Positions 42,040 through 53,134 are shown, numbered from the stretch's first letter. The stretch is DNA of 64,000 nucleotides from Alphaproteobacteria bacterium (GCA_964291265.2 OZ219747.1:3712001-3776000), one strand, 5' to 3'. Numbers and translations are program-made. Notes: generated by a model not told the origin, from the letters alone.

Positions 42040-44455
42040 CTGCCGAGTAATGACAATTACGACGTGACGTCAAGGGTCTGAATGTGTTGCAAGGGTTGCC
42101 GCTGTCCGGCCCGGAAGCCGACTTGATGGCCAAGAACGGCGCTGGTCAGGCGGGTCGCGCCGTGCCACATGATCTGGTGTCCGGGCTCGGGATCATGCTT
42201 GCGATCCTGGTACCCGCCGAGATGGGCCACCAGGCGGACGGCATCCCCGAGGCGGTCGGGCGGCGTCATGCGCTTCTCGGCGGCGTAGTCGCGCAGGAAG
42301 CTCAGCTCCTGATCGGTGAACATCAGCTCGGGCTCACAGTCGGGAACCTGCCGTCCGAGCAGTGTCATGACCATGATGCGCCAGGCGATGACGGCGTTGA
42401 TGGCGATGGCCCGCTGCAGTCGTTCTGCGGTCCGGAACAGCAGGAACTCGGTGCGACAGCCTGACTTGAGGACGCGGAAGAAGTCTTCGACCTTCCACCT
42501 CTGGAGGTAGAAGCCAACCATCCTGGCGGCGTCCTCGGCGCTGCGCACCTTGAGCGTGGTGAGCAGGAACCACTGCACCGGGTTCTCGCCCTCGGGAGGA
42601 TCGGTTTCGATGATGTGGACACCGGAAAGGGCGAGCGGCGCCCGGCCTTCGAGGGTGGAGGGCAAGGTCACGCGGCGGAACCGCAGTGCGCACTGAGCCA
42701 CGCGTTTGCGTCGGGCCGCACGCGCCTTCGTTCGGCTCGCCTTCGGACGCTCGCTCAGGCCGTCGACCTCGACGGTGACGCCGCCGTCGGGTGGGCCTGC
42801 GCTCAAGGTTGCAAACAGCTTTGCGCGCCCCTTGCCGAGAACCCGGTCATGTCGGGCTCGGACCAGAAGCCCGACCCGTGGGTTGAGACGTTGATGATCG
42901 AACAGCTCGAAGAAGTCCGCTTCCCGATCACAGACCGAGATCACGCGCGTCGTGCTTGCGATGTCGCGAACCGCTTCGTCGATGTCCTTGAAGCCTTCCA
43001 TCCAGCGTCGGCTCTTCAACCGCTCCTCGGCCGCCGGGGAGCGCTGCTTCACCGCATCGAACCCCAGACGCAGAACCCCGAGCGGCAACCCCGTCTCGCT
43101 CACCGCCAGCGTCGCATGCAGGTGCAGACCCCGGGCCGACGAGGAAGTCTGGTTCTTGCCGATGACCTGAAGACCTTCGCATCCCGGCCGCCGGGAGAAA
43201 TTGAGGTCGCTCCCGTCCTGGATCGCCAGCACGGTCGTTTGACCCTGGATGCGCCGGATCGTGCGCTCCCGATGCGGAGCAAGAATGTTCGCCACCGTCA
43301 CCGCACTCTCCACCGGCTTCTCGATCAGGCGGTAGAAAGCACTGATCGCCGTGTTGTCGGCATCCGTGCTCGCGTGAATCTTGGAACCGGGACAGGAAGC
43401 CAGAAGAGCCGCACTCTTCACCAGGCGTGCCGACAGTCGCTTGTCACCCAAGGGAGCCCCTCCGAATTCGTTCACCGCCCACACCGCAGCATCCAGACCG
43501 TCTCCGGGTCCCAGCGACCCGGAAGGGTCGACCGGACCCACCCCCAGCTTGCGTCGCCAGCGCCGATCCAGACCGCGCATCCAGACCGTCTTGACGGTCT
43601 TGGCAGCGCGATGGTGACGATCCTGACGACCCCGACCCTTCGTCCGCCCCGCACACACGAAGTTCGCAGCCCGCAGGCAGGTCCCGGCATAGCCCTCGTC
43701 CGCATAGGTTTCCACCACCAGGGGACGGAACCCATACCGGGCCTCGAAATCCCTCGGTAGGCGCCGGAGAAGTCGCCCCAGAACATGGCTCGCCAGGTGC
43801 CGGCACCGCACCCGAAGCAGAAACCGGCTCAGACAGACCACCCGCTGGAGATGATCCCGCCGCTGGGACGGCGTCCATGCCATCCAGCGATCGCGGGCCT
43901 CGCCCGTCAACGCCGCCGCCGAGATCCCGACCGCACCCAGGATCCCGTGCTCCGACGTCACAAGATAGCGCACCTGACAGCCGGCAAACGTCGTCATGCC
44001 ATGAGGATGCTCGCGCGCCATCAACGTGTTCCATACCGTTCGCTCCGAAACCTCGGTCACCACCGACAACCGCACCTGCGCAATCCCGGACAGACGGGAC
44101 GGCACCCCGACCGGCAGCGGCACTTCTCCGTCAAGAAGACGCGGAGAGTTGTCCACGGCAGCAGCCTGCGGTGCCGGAAGCCGGATCTCCGGATACGACA
44201 ATGCCAACGTGGTCAGGGCCTTCAGACAACTCGACAGTTGCCAACGCCCGGCCGCGTCCCGGAACGAAAACTCTTCGCATACCCGGCGGCTCGCAGCCCG
44301 ACGGCCAGAGTGCTGCTCCCGCGACAGGATGGCAGCAACGCGAACCCGGGCCCCGTCCTCGCGTAGAGTGTGGAGAATGCTGGATCGTGCCATCATGGCG
44401 GCAAGCTAGCGCAGACCGAGCGGCACGTCCAGACCTAATTTTCATGACATGGCAG
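42040..44455 (-). mobile_element. IS4-family element with DUF4338-fused transposase
   Basis: IRs CTGCCGAGTAATGACAATTA / CTGCCATGTCATGAAAATTA; 8-bp TSD GCCTAGCC at 42032-42039 and 44456-44463. Confidence 0.88.
42057..44396 (-). CDS. DUF4338 (DruA-like) + IS4/Tn5-type transposase
   Basis: RDRWMAW, LSRFL, VETY, GTCLRAANF; then IQDGSDL, CDREAD, YLQRWKVEDFFRVLKSG. Confidence 0.88.
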   Translation of the reverse strand: MMARSSILHTLREDGARVRVAAILSREQHSGRRAASRRVCEEFSFRDAAGRWQLSSCLKALTTLALSYPEIRLPAPQAAAVDNSPRLLDGEVPLPVGVPSRLSGIAQVRLSVVTEVSERTVWNTLMAREHPHGMTTFAGCQVRYLVTSEHGILGAVGISAAALTGEARDRWMAWTPSQRRDHLQRVVCLSRFLLRVRCRHLASHVLGRLLRRLPRDFEARYGFRPLVVETYADEGYAGTCLRAANFVCAGRTKGRGRQDRHHRAAKTVKTVWMRGLDRRWRRKLGVGPVDPSGSLGPGDGLDAAVWAVNEFGGAPLGDKRLSARLVKSAALLASCPGSKIHASTDADNTAISAFYRLIEKPVESAVTVANILAPHRERTIRRIQGQTTVLAIQDGSDLNFSRRPGCEGLQVIGKNQTSSSARGLHLHATLAVSETGLPLGVLRLGFDAVKQRSPAAEERLKSRRWMEGFKDIDEAVRDIASTTRVISVCDREADFFELFDHQRLNPRVGLLVRARHDRVLGKGRAKLFATLSAGPPDGGVTVEVDGLSERPKASRTKARAARRKRVAQCALRFRRVTLPSTLEGRAPLALSGVHIIETDPPEGENPVQWFLLTTLKVRSAEDAARMVGFYLQRWKVEDFFRVLKSGCRTEFLLFRTAERLQRAIAINAVIAWRIMVMTLLGRQVPDCEPELMFTDQELSFLRDYAAEKRMTPPDRLGDAVRLVAHLGGYQDRKHDPEPGHQIMWHGATRLTSAVLGHQVGFRAGQRQPLQHIQTLDVTS

Positions 44456-45253
44456 GCCTAGCCTGCCCCTGTTGACTGGTCCAGCGTGAATGTTAGCGCA
44501 TTGAGGGTTTCTCCGCCAGGCTGGGGTCCGGGGGAGCGTAGCGGAGCCGGGCGGCCAGCCTGGCGTGACGATCGTCTCGGGTGCCGACGACTGGTATCCC
44601 AAGCAGCCATGTGGTCGTATGGCGTTGTAGCGGCGTCGCATGCTTCAATTAGGATCCGGGCCTCGTTCAGGCTGTAGAAGATCTCCCCGTCGAGGAGCTC
44701 GTCGCAGAGCCGGGCGTTGAAGCTTGCAGCCGTTCTCCCAGGGTGAGCCCGGATTCGGTGAAGGCGGTGCGGGCGCCGAGTGCAGCGATCCACCGCCTGA
44801 CGGCCTTGGCGACGAACTCCGGTCCGTTGTCGGAGCGGATGTGGCCAAGGACGCGGCGCAGGATGAACAGATCGGTCAGCACGTCGATGACGTCGATCGA
44901 GGGGAGCTTGCGCCGAACCCGGATCGCCAGGCTCTCACGGGTGAACTCGTCCAGGACGTTGGGCATGCGCAAGGCCCGGCCATCATATGTCCGGTGATGG
45001 ACGAAGTCACAGGACCGGACGTGGTCCGCCCGCGCGCAGCCGGATACAGGCTATTGTCGGCGATACACTCGAATACCTTCGTGGGTCCGCTCGCGCGCAG
45101 CCGGATACAGGAGCCGTCGTTCAGCCACGGACGGCCCCGCTTCTGTTGTCTGCCGCGCACCTTTAGCCCGAAGTTCCAGCACCGTTCAGACGTATCATCA
45201 TGAATGTATTGACGTTTGATGGAATCGAGTGTGGCGCTACTGGGAACGCTAGA

Positions 45254-47203
45254 CCGAAGTTCCGGACGATTTCAGCGGCAGAGTCACGATAACCGGTTGA
45301 TTGTGTTGGCAAAATAGCGCGATGACGGCGCGAGAATGTTCCCATGTGGCGGCGAAGTTTTCCCTTGACACGGTGGGCTTACGCCCCCATATACGTTGCC
45401 ATGTACGTAGACATCGTCCCCAACCGTAACTCACCCCCCGCCGTCCTCCTGCGAGAGGGATGGCGCGAGAACGGCAAGGTCAAGAAGCGCACCATCGCCA
45501 ATCTCTCCTCCTGGCCCATGGAAAAGGTCGAGACCCTGCGGCGGTTCTTGAAGAACGAACCCCTCGTCGGTCGTGACGACGCCTTCGACATCGTCCGCTC
45601 CCTACCCCATGGGCATGTCGCCGCGGTGCTGGGAACCCTGAAGAAGCTGGGACTGGACAGGCTGATCGACCCGAAGCCCTCGCCTGAGCGCGATCAGGTC
45701 CTGGCCATGATCGTGGCACGCATCCTCGAGCCCGCCTCGAAGCTGGCCACGGCCAGGGGGCTGGCCGAGGCCACGGCGGTCAGCACCCTGGGCGAGGTCC
45801 TCGATGCGGAGATGGACGAGGACGCCCTCTACGGCGCCATGGACTGGCTCCTGGAGCGTCAGGAGAGGATCGAGCGGTCCCTGGCGAAGCGGCGCCTCGA
45901 AGAGGGCTGCCTGGTGCTCTATGACCTGACCTCGGTATGGATGGAGGGGAGAGCGTGTCCCCTGGCAAGGAGGGGTCATTCCCGGGATGGCAAGAAGGGC
46001 AAGCTGCAGATCGAGTTCGGCCTTCTGTGCGATCGGGACGGCTGTCCAGTGTCGGTGGAAGTGTTCCCCGGCAACACGGCGGACCCCGGGACGGTTGCCT
46101 CACAGATCACCACGCTGCAGGAGCGCTTCTCCCTGGCGAAGGTGGTGCTGGTGGGAGACCGGGGGATGCTGACCGAGGCGCGCATACGCGAGGAGGTGAA
46201 GCCTGCGGGCCTGGACTGGATCAGCGCCTTGAGGGGACCGGCCATCCGCGCCCTTGTGGAGGCCGGCGACGTCGAGATGTCGCTCTTCGACGAGAGGGAC
46301 CTGGTGGAGATCACCAGCGATGCGTATCCCGGCGAACGCCTCATGGTCTGCCGCAACCCCCTGCTGGCCGAGGACCGGGCCCGCAAGCGCCAGGAACTGC
46401 TCGAGGCCACCGAGGCCCTGCTTGAACCGATCGCCGCAGCGACACGGCGCGACAAGCGCCGTCTCAAGGGTGCCGACAAGATCGGGGAGCGGGTCGGCAA
46501 GGTCATCGGTAAATACAAGATGGCGAAGCACTTCACGTGGTCCATCGACGACGAGGGTGTCTTCACCTATGGGCGCGATGAGGCTGCCATCGCCGCCGAG
46601 GCCAGGCTCGACGGCCTCTACGTGATCCGCACCAGCCTGCCGCAGAGCGAGCTCGACGGTCCCGGCACAGTGCGCGCCTACAAGCGGTTGAGTTCGGTGG
46701 AACGGGCCTTCCGCAGCCTGAAGACCGTGGATCTGAAGGTCCGTCCCGTCTGCCACCGCACCGAACCCCGGGTCCGCGCCCATGTCTTCCTGTGCATGCT
46801 CGCCTACTACGTGGAATGGCACATGCGCCAGAAACTGAAGCCCATGCTGTTCGACGACGAGGATGCCGAAGGCGCCGAGGCCCGGCGGCCGTCCGTCGTG
46901 GCGCCGGCAGAAGTCTCGGCGAGCGCCCGGGCCAAGGCGGCAACGAAGAGGACGCCCGGGGGTGATCCGGTGCACAGTTTCCGCACCCTCCTCGATGATC
47001 TCGCGACCATCACCCGCAACACCGTGGCGCCCCGCCTTGCGGGCGCCAAACCCTTCCAGGTCACCACGCGGCCCACGCCGCTCCGGAAAAAGGCCCTGGA
47101 CTACCTCGGCATACGCCTGCAGCGTTCCCAGTAGCGACACACCCGATTTTTTCAAACGTCAATACATTCATAACGATACGTCTGATCGGTTCTGGAACTT
47201 CGG
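45254..47203 (+). mobile_element. Complete IS1634-family element
   Basis: IRs CCGAAGTTCC; 6-bp TSD GCTAGA at 45248-45253 and 47204-47209. Confidence 0.92.
45401..47134 (+). CDS. IS1634-family transposase
   Basis: LYDLTS, VGDRGM, YKRLSSVERAFRSLK, RVRAHVFLCML. Confidence 0.93.
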   Translation: MYVDIVPNRNSPPAVLLREGWRENGKVKKRTIANLSSWPMEKVETLRRFLKNEPLVGRDDAFDIVRSLPHGHVAAVLGTLKKLGLDRLIDPKPSPERDQVLAMIVARILEPASKLATARGLAEATAVSTLGEVLDAEMDEDALYGAMDWLLERQERIERSLAKRRLEEGCLVLYDLTSVWMEGRACPLARRGHSRDGKKGKLQIEFGLLCDRDGCPVSVEVFPGNTADPGTVASQITTLQERFSLAKVVLVGDRGMLTEARIREEVKPAGLDWISALRGPAIRALVEAGDVEMSLFDERDLVEITSDAYPGERLMVCRNPLLAEDRARKRQELLEATEALLEPIAAATRRDKRRLKGADKIGERVGKVIGKYKMAKHFTWSIDDEGVFTYGRDEAAIAAEARLDGLYVIRTSLPQSELDGPGTVRAYKRLSSVERAFRSLKTVDLKVRPVCHRTEPRVRAHVFLCMLAYYVEWHMRQKLKPMLFDDEDAEGAEARRPSVVAPAEVSASARAKAATKRTPGGDPVHSFRTLLDDLATITRNTVAPRLAGAKPFQVTTRPTPLRKKALDYLGIRLQRSQ

Positions 47204-47863
47204 GCTAGAGGCGCACGCCGAGGTGGTTCAGGGCCCTTTTTATGGAGCGGCGTGGGCCGCGTGGTGACCTGGAAGGGCCGCAGGGTTTCGACGTTCTCCA
47301 TGGGCCAGGAGGAGAGACTGGTGGCGGGGGGCTCATGCGGTTGGGGACGATGTCCAAGTACATGGGGGCAAAAGCCGCCTGTGTCAACAGGGTGTTTCAC
47401 CGTTACATGGGAACTTCTGCATGTTGTCTCTGTACGCTTTTACCAGTAAGATCAACTAGTTGATGTGGTTATAGCGCTGAAATCGTCCGGAACTTCGGTT
47501 TAGCCCCTCGCGCCGCCACAGGCGCTCGACCCGTTTGTCGTTGGCCTGCCAGCCGGCATCGCGAAGCAAGGTCGCGATCCGTCGATAGCCGTAACGGCCA
47601 TACTGGCGGGCCAACTCGATCATGGCGCCGACCGGCGGTCCTCGTCGCCACGACCGCACGGGATGCGGTGCCGGGTCGAGCGGTGCTGCCCAAATACCTG
47701 GCAGGCCCGGCGCTCCGAGACCCCGAGCCGATCGCAGACATGGTCGATGCACTGGCGGCGGCGCGAGGGGGCCTGGAAGTATCCCCGCGCGTTCGCGCAT
47801 TCACTCGAACCAATGGCGTGCATGCGCTCACCCTTGAGGATCTGCTTGTCCAGCGTCAGGTGC

Positions 47864-47980
47864 GAGGGCATATTCCCCGCTCAGTTCAAGATCAGCACCA
47901 ACGGTGCGAGATGGCGCGAATCCGACGTCAACCGCCGGGTTGCCGATCCGATCAGGTGGAAGCCGAAAGGCGAAACCGAT
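47864..47980 (+). pseudogene. AlpA-like regulator C-terminal fragment
   Basis: EGIFPAQFKISTNGARWRESDV resembles the AlpA C-terminus; interrupted by IS66. Confidence 0.5.
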
Positions 47981-49035
47981 GTAAGCGTTCGGCCGTTCGG
48001 TGATGGCTGATTTTGGTTGGTTTGGGTCTTGCTGACTATCGTCTGAGAAAGAGCTGGTAAACTCGTTTGGTCTCGATTATGGTCGAGGCCATGAAGACTT
48101 TTGCCGAGACGCGCGGAGCGACACAGCAGCTGACGGGAGGTGGTGACGGCCTATGTCGGGCGTCAGTGGCCTTGTCATGCGAGGCGCCTGACTGGCGTGC
48201 GCTCTATGAGGCGGAGCGGGTTCGTGCGGATGCGGCGGAAGCGCGTATGCGTGACCTGCGCCGTGCGAAGAATTCTGCCCGTGCCCGTGCGGGCACATTC
48301 AAGTTTCATCTCGACCGCACTCGTGATCAGCTCAAGGAGGCTCGCCGGGAGGTGAAGCGTGGACAGGTCCGAGCGGAGGCGCTGGAGCAGGAAAGGGACG
48401 CTCTGAAGCTCAAGAACGCTGAACAGGCGAGCGAGCTGAGGAATCTCCGCGGGACGCGTGCCAAGCACGCGACGGCGCGCTTCGGGTCGAAGAGCGAGAA
48501 ACGGAAGAAGAAGGAAGGCACCGGGAACAAGCGGGGTCAGCAACCCGGCAAGAGCGGCCACGGGCGCACTCCGCGTCCGAAGCTCAAGGAGAAGCACGAA
48601 CGCCATGATCCACCGGCATCGCAGCGCACGTGCCCGTGTTGCGGCGAGCCCTATGTGGCCAACGGCAGCCACGAGACCTCGATCATGGAGGTCCATGTCA
48701 AGGCTCATATCCGGCGGATTGAACGTGGGCGTTGGCGCCGTGGTTGTCAGTGTTCGTCGGCGCCTGCGGAGATCATCGCGCCGCCACCTTTGCGCTTGCT
48801 TGCGAATACCCCCTTCGGCATCAGTGTCTGGGAATGCGTGCTCTATGAGCGCTTCGCCTGCTTGCGTCCCCTGCGCCGGGTCTCGCGATGGCTGGAAGAC
48901 CAGGGACTGCCGATGGCGCCGGGAACGATCGCTGGCGGCATGAAGAAGATGACGCCGATGTTCGCGCCTCTCGCTCAGGCCATCCTCGATCATCAGAACC
49001 GGCTGACGGTGCGCCACGGCGACGAGACCAGCTGG

Positions 49036-50954
49036 GTCGCGGTAGGGATGCGCATTGCTGCGCACCCCCCGCACAGATCCGGACATGGACGTTAATCCAT
49101 CCGGCTCCTACCTCGGGTGCTTGACGGTAAACCGCTGGTCCGGCCATGGGTGGCGGATGGAGACGCGCGGCCAAAGAAGCTCGGTCATGCGCTCCAATCG
49201 CTTCCAGTCAAAGCAGTGGCGCTGGGAGCGGCGGCGGATCGCTCGCAGCCATAGGCGTTGCAGCCTTTGGCGGAACGTGCGCAGCCATCGGGTCGACCCC
49301 GGAACGGCGAAGTAGTTGGACCAGCCATTGACAACTCGCCCAAGCCACATGCCGACCTCCCATATGTCGTGATGCCGTCGATTGCGAAGCACCTCCTCGA
49401 TGCGCGCCAGGGTCCTTGCGACCCGTTTTGCGACCGGCTTGCGACCAAGCCTGAAGCGTCCTCTCCGGGTCTCCGTGCAGAAGTGCGTGAAGCCCAGGAA
49501 GTCGAACGTCTCCGGCCTGCCCGCCCCGCGAGATCGCCGGTTCGCCTTGGCAAACCGTCCAAACTCAACGAGACGGGTCTTGTCCGGGTGAAGGGTGAGA
49601 CCAAAGCGGTCCAGCCTCTCCCGAACGTCGCGAAGGTATGTCTCCGCATCCCGCTTATGCTGGAACCCGACCACAATATCGTCCGCGTAGCGGACAATGA
49701 TCGCTTTACCGTTCGGAACCTTCGGACGCCATGCCTTGTGAAACCACAGATCGAGCACGTAGTGCAGAAACACGTTCGCCAGGCAGGGGCTGACAATGGC
49801 GCCCTGAGGCGTGCCCGCACCGGTGTCGCTCCATGATCCGTCGGTCATGACGCCAGCGTTCAGCCACTTGCGGATCAGACGGATCACCCGCCTGTCGCCA
49901 ATGCGATGCTCCAGGAACTTGATCAACCAATCCCTCGGGATTGTGTCGAAGTACCCCTGAATGTCCGCGTCGACTATCCAGTTGACCTTGCGCCGCTCGA
50001 TCCCGAACGCCAGGGCGTCGAGAGCGTCATGCGCCCCTCGGCCCGGTCGGAACCCGTAGCTGAAGCCAAGGAACTCCACCTCATAAATCGGTGTCAGGAT
50101 CACATCCACAACCGCCTTCTGGACGATCTTGTCCTCCAGTGCGGCAATCCCGAGCGGTCGTGTCCCGCCGTCCGGCTTGGGTATCTCAACCCGCCGAACC
50201 GGCGGCGCCCGGTACGCTCCCCCACGATGCAGGCGCGAGTGCAGATCAAGCAAGCGCTCGTCCAGACCCTCGCCATACGCCGCCCACGTCACGCCGTCGA
50301 CACCTGCCGAGGCTTCCTTCTTCAAACCGAAGTAGGCCGCCCGGAGCGCGTCCGGCGTAATGTGATGGAAGAGTGCAGTGAGACGCTCCTTCGGGTTCCT
50401 CTCTGCAGCTTCCCGTATCCGGTCCGCCGCCTGTGGCACACTTGCCCGACACTGCGTTCGGTGCGTGCTTTGGCGTCCCGGATTCCCCTTGGTTGAGGCC
50501 CTTTCCTCCAGCGACTCCGCAGAAGCTGACGCTCCCTTGTTCGCCGCCTTCACCGGTCTTACGGCCCCATCCGACTTCTTCAAACCGTTCCTCATAGGCT
50601 TCGGCTTTCTCCTTTCCCTACACGGTCCCGCCACGACAGGCGGGATAGTTCGAAGACCTCCCAGGGTCCCAACAGAAGGCGTGCGGACGTGCATGGGTTC
50701 TCCGACACCGCGGGGCTCGCCGACATCTCACCAAATCGATGCCTGCGATGTTGCCTTCGACCGATGCGAAAGCCTCGGCACCCCGAACAACGGACTTTTC
50801 GGTGCTCATTAGCCCTGCCCATCCGTACCGCTACCGACGCTTCGCCTGCCCCCTCGCGGGAACCGACGCACGGCTCGCGGAGAAACGTGGTTTGGTTACT
50901 CCTTCGTTTCAGGGGACTTTCACCCCCTACCTTCCGCCAGTTCGCCTGGCACAC
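49036..50954 (-). mobile_element. Group II intron (IIB-like, RT-encoding), 1919 nt
   Basis: 5' GUGUGCC, 3' ...CCGCGAC; DV GAGCCGGAUG...CAUGUCCGGAUC. EBS1 CGCAUC (50763-50768) pairs with exon GAUGCG; EBS2 AGUCC (50792-50796) pairs with GGACU. Confidence 0.93.
49108..50595 (-). CDS. ltrA: Group II intron reverse transcriptase/maturase (no endonuclease domain)
   Basis: AGVDG, IPKPDGGTRPLGI, SYGFRPGR, DADIQGYFD, GTPQG, RYADD, FDFLGF; ends after the maturase X domain. Confidence 0.95.
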   Translation of the reverse strand: MRNGLKKSDGAVRPVKAANKGASASAESLEERASTKGNPGRQSTHRTQCRASVPQAADRIREAAERNPKERLTALFHHITPDALRAAYFGLKKEASAGVDGVTWAAYGEGLDERLLDLHSRLHRGGAYRAPPVRRVEIPKPDGGTRPLGIAALEDKIVQKAVVDVILTPIYEVEFLGFSYGFRPGRGAHDALDALAFGIERRKVNWIVDADIQGYFDTIPRDWLIKFLEHRIGDRRVIRLIRKWLNAGVMTDGSWSDTGAGTPQGAIVSPCLANVFLHYVLDLWFHKAWRPKVPNGKAIIVRYADDIVVGFQHKRDAETYLRDVRERLDRFGLTLHPDKTRLVEFGRFAKANRRSRGAGRPETFDFLGFTHFCTETRRGRFRLGRKPVAKRVARTLARIEEVLRNRRHHDIWEVGMWLGRVVNGWSNYFAVPGSTRWLRTFRQRLQRLWLRAIRRRSQRHCFDWKRLERMTELLWPRVSIRHPWPDQRFTVKHPR

Positions 50955-51778
50955 CGCATCCAGTCCCTCAAGGCCTCGGGGCGCTCGCAGAAGGCCTGGC
51001 TGTGGACCGCGGTCAGCGCCGACTCCGTCTTCTTCCTTATCGACCCGTCACGCAGCACCCGGGTGGCCATGGTGCTGTTCGCCTCCACCGAAGGCACCGT
51101 CTTCCTTGTCTGCGATCGCTACGCGGTCTACAGGAAACTGGAGCGTGAGCTTGATGGCAAGGTGATCCTCTGCCTTTGCTGGGCGCACTCCAGGCGCGAT
51201 GTGATCGAGGCTGCGGCAGGCCAAGAGGGGCTGGAAGAGTGGTGCGACAAGTGGCTCGACAGGATCGCGCTGATCTACACACTGAATGGGCAACGGCTGA
51301 AGCACTACGATCCCGCACGCAAGCGTCAGTCAGCGAGGTTCAATGCCCTGCAGAAGGACCTTCGTGCGGCTGTCGAGGCGCTGTTCAGGCAGGCTCAGGA
51401 GGAACTCGACGCCTTGCCCGAGGGTGCACGCGAAGCGAAGCCCTTGCGTTCCCTGATCCGTCACCGCGAGGGACTGTGCGTCTTTGTCGACCATCCCCAG
51501 GTGCCCATGGACAACAACTTTGCCGAGAGAACCCTCCGGGGTGCGGTGACCGCGAGAAAGCTGAGCTTCGGCTCCGACAGCGAGGAAGGCGCCGCCTTCA
51601 CCGCCATCATGTACTCGGTCATCGGCACCCTTGCCATGAACAACATCAATGTTCGGCGCTGGCTTCATGAGTGGCTTGAGGCCTGCGCGCAGAACGGCGG
51701 CAAGCCGCCGGATGACCTCGACCCGTGGCTGCCATGGTCGATGACCCCGGAGCGTCGAAGGGACCTCATGGAACCGGG

Positions 51779-52126
51779 GTGATCGAGTGCCGTTACGACG
51801 GCCGTGACTTCACCGCGCACGAGATGGAGCTGTTGCGCTCCCTGATCACCCAGCACCCCACCCGTGCGGCCATCGCCCGCGCCTTCTGCCGCAAGACCGG
51901 CTGGTACAAGCCCGACGGCGGCCTCAAGAACATGATGGCGAGTGTCACCTTCCTGGCCATGCACCGCGCTACACAGGCGCCGTCTACAAGGCGTCGGGTT
52001 GGATCCATGTCGGCACCACCAAGGGGCGCGGACGCTACGATACGCACAGGAAACTCGACAAACCAAAAAAAGGACATCTGGCTGAGGCCTCTCCGCAAAG
52101 ACTGGAAACTCATCCTCAACCGGTGA
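51779..52126 (+). pseudogene. DUF4338-family passenger gene with internal deletion
   Basis: N-terminus RYDGRDFT...R.AIAR.FC...W...DGGLKNM and C-terminus KDIWLRPL are retained; the central domain is absent. Confidence 0.6.
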
Positions 52127-52532
52127 ATATCACCAACAATCACTGCGCGACCGAACGCTTACAAACCGATTGAGCGTGGAAGGCTGATGTTGTAGGTGAT
52201 GTAGGTGACGGTCCCGCGCGTGACCTTGCCGATGACGGTAGCTTGGAGAAAACCCCTCGCTCCCGGCGTGCCACAAGACCGCCCACGGCACCGGAGCAGC
52301 TTGGGCGCTGTGGCCATTTCCCGACGGGCTACCCAAGCACGATCTCACCAACTGGACCGCCATTGATGACTGGCCCGATCCCGTGCCGTTTGCGGAGGCC
52401 GAGATCGATGGTGTTCGAGCGATGGTTTGGCGACCTGTTCGATGAACTGTTCGACTCGGATTTCTGAGTGTCTCTGTGCCGGGGCCGGAGTCAGGCTTGC
52501 AAATGGTACCACAAATTGATACTGGACACTCC

Positions 52533-52787
52533 ATGAGAAAGCGCCATAGAGCCACGCTGGAACTGATCTTTGTCCGCCCGGTCAGCGGCTCAATCCGCTG
52601 GACCGACATCGAGGCGCTGTTTGCCGCTCTCGGGGCAGAAATCAGCGAACGGGAAGGTTCGCGAATAGGCGTGTTCCTGTTTGGCGAAGTGCGCGTCTTT
52701 CACCGTCCGCATCCGTCACCGGATACGGACAAGGGCGCGGTTGCCAGTATTCGCAAGTGGCTGGAAGAACACGGAGTGAAGCCATGA
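52533..52787 (+). CDS. hicA: HicA toxin
   Basis: IRWTDIEALF..LG..I.EREGSR, FHRPHP. Confidence 0.9.
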   Translation: MRKRHRATLELIFVRPVSGSIRWTDIEALFAALGAEISEREGSRIGVFLFGEVRVFHRPHPSPDTDKGAVASIRKWLEEHGVKP

Positions 52788-53134
52788 TCAATGTGATCGA
52801 GATCGATGGGGAGAAGGCGGTCGTTACCTTTGACTCGGACATTCAGATGCTGCGCGGCGAGTTTATCGGGCTGAATGGCGGGGCCGACTTCTATGCCGAG
52901 AGTGTCCACGATCTGATCGAGGAAGGCCGGAAATCGCTGGCGGTCTATCTGGAGATGTGTCGGGAAAAGGGCATCGAACCGGGCCGGAAATTTTCCGGGA
53001 AGTTCAATGTCCGCCTCGATCCTTCCGATCATGCCGCAGCAGTCATTGCAGCCGCCGCAGCGGGCAAGAGCCTGAATGAATGGGTCGTCGGGGCGATCAG
53101 GGAAGCCGCCGAGAGTGGCAACCAGGCGGCTTGA
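52784..53134 (+). CDS. hicB: HicB antitoxin
   Basis: ADFYAESV..L, YLEMC, FSGKFNVRL, GKSLNEWV. Confidence 0.9.
   Translation: MINVIEIDGEKAVVTFDSDIQMLRGEFIGLNGGADFYAESVHDLIEEGRKSLAVYLEMCREKGIEPGRKFSGKFNVRLDPSDHAAAVIAAAAAGKSLNEWVVGAIREAAESGNQAA

Larger units (their letters stand above)
45168..47498 (-). mobile_element. Internally deleted IS1634 derivative (~375 bp, MITE-like) hosting a full IS1634
   Basis: CCGAAGTTCC ends at 45168 and 47498; 6-bp TSD TTTAGC (45162-45167, 47499-47504). Retains only the extreme 5' and 3' transposase codons. Confidence 0.82.
44460..47862 (-). pseudogene. IS3-family remnant split by nested IS1634 insertions
   Basis: RYGYRRI...RREGLK (47499-47862) continues as VRGRQ..WLNDGSCIRL, DEFTRESLA, IRSDNGPEF (44460-45167); multiple frameshifts. 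Confidence 0.8.
48067..51782 (+). pseudogene. IS66 transposase TnpC interrupted by an antisense group II intron (exons 48067-49035 and 50955-51782)
   Basis: FGSKSEK, CPCCG, HGDETSW|RIQS, CDRY, LCWAHSRR, DNNFAERTLR. Removing the intron restores the frame. Confidence 0.88.
47981..52162 (+). mobile_element. IS66-family element (no tnpA/tnpB) carrying a group II intron and a deleted DUF4338 passenger
   Basis: Ends GTAAGCGTTC...GAACGCTTAC; 8-bp TSD AAACCGAT at 47973-47980 and 52163-52170. Confidence 0.9.

Noticed and set aside
49108-50595. RT as a retron, DGR or defence RT
   Set aside because: It has a maturase domain, is flanked by canonical intron ends, DV/DVI and matching EBS/IBS, and no TR/VR pair or msr-msd was seen.
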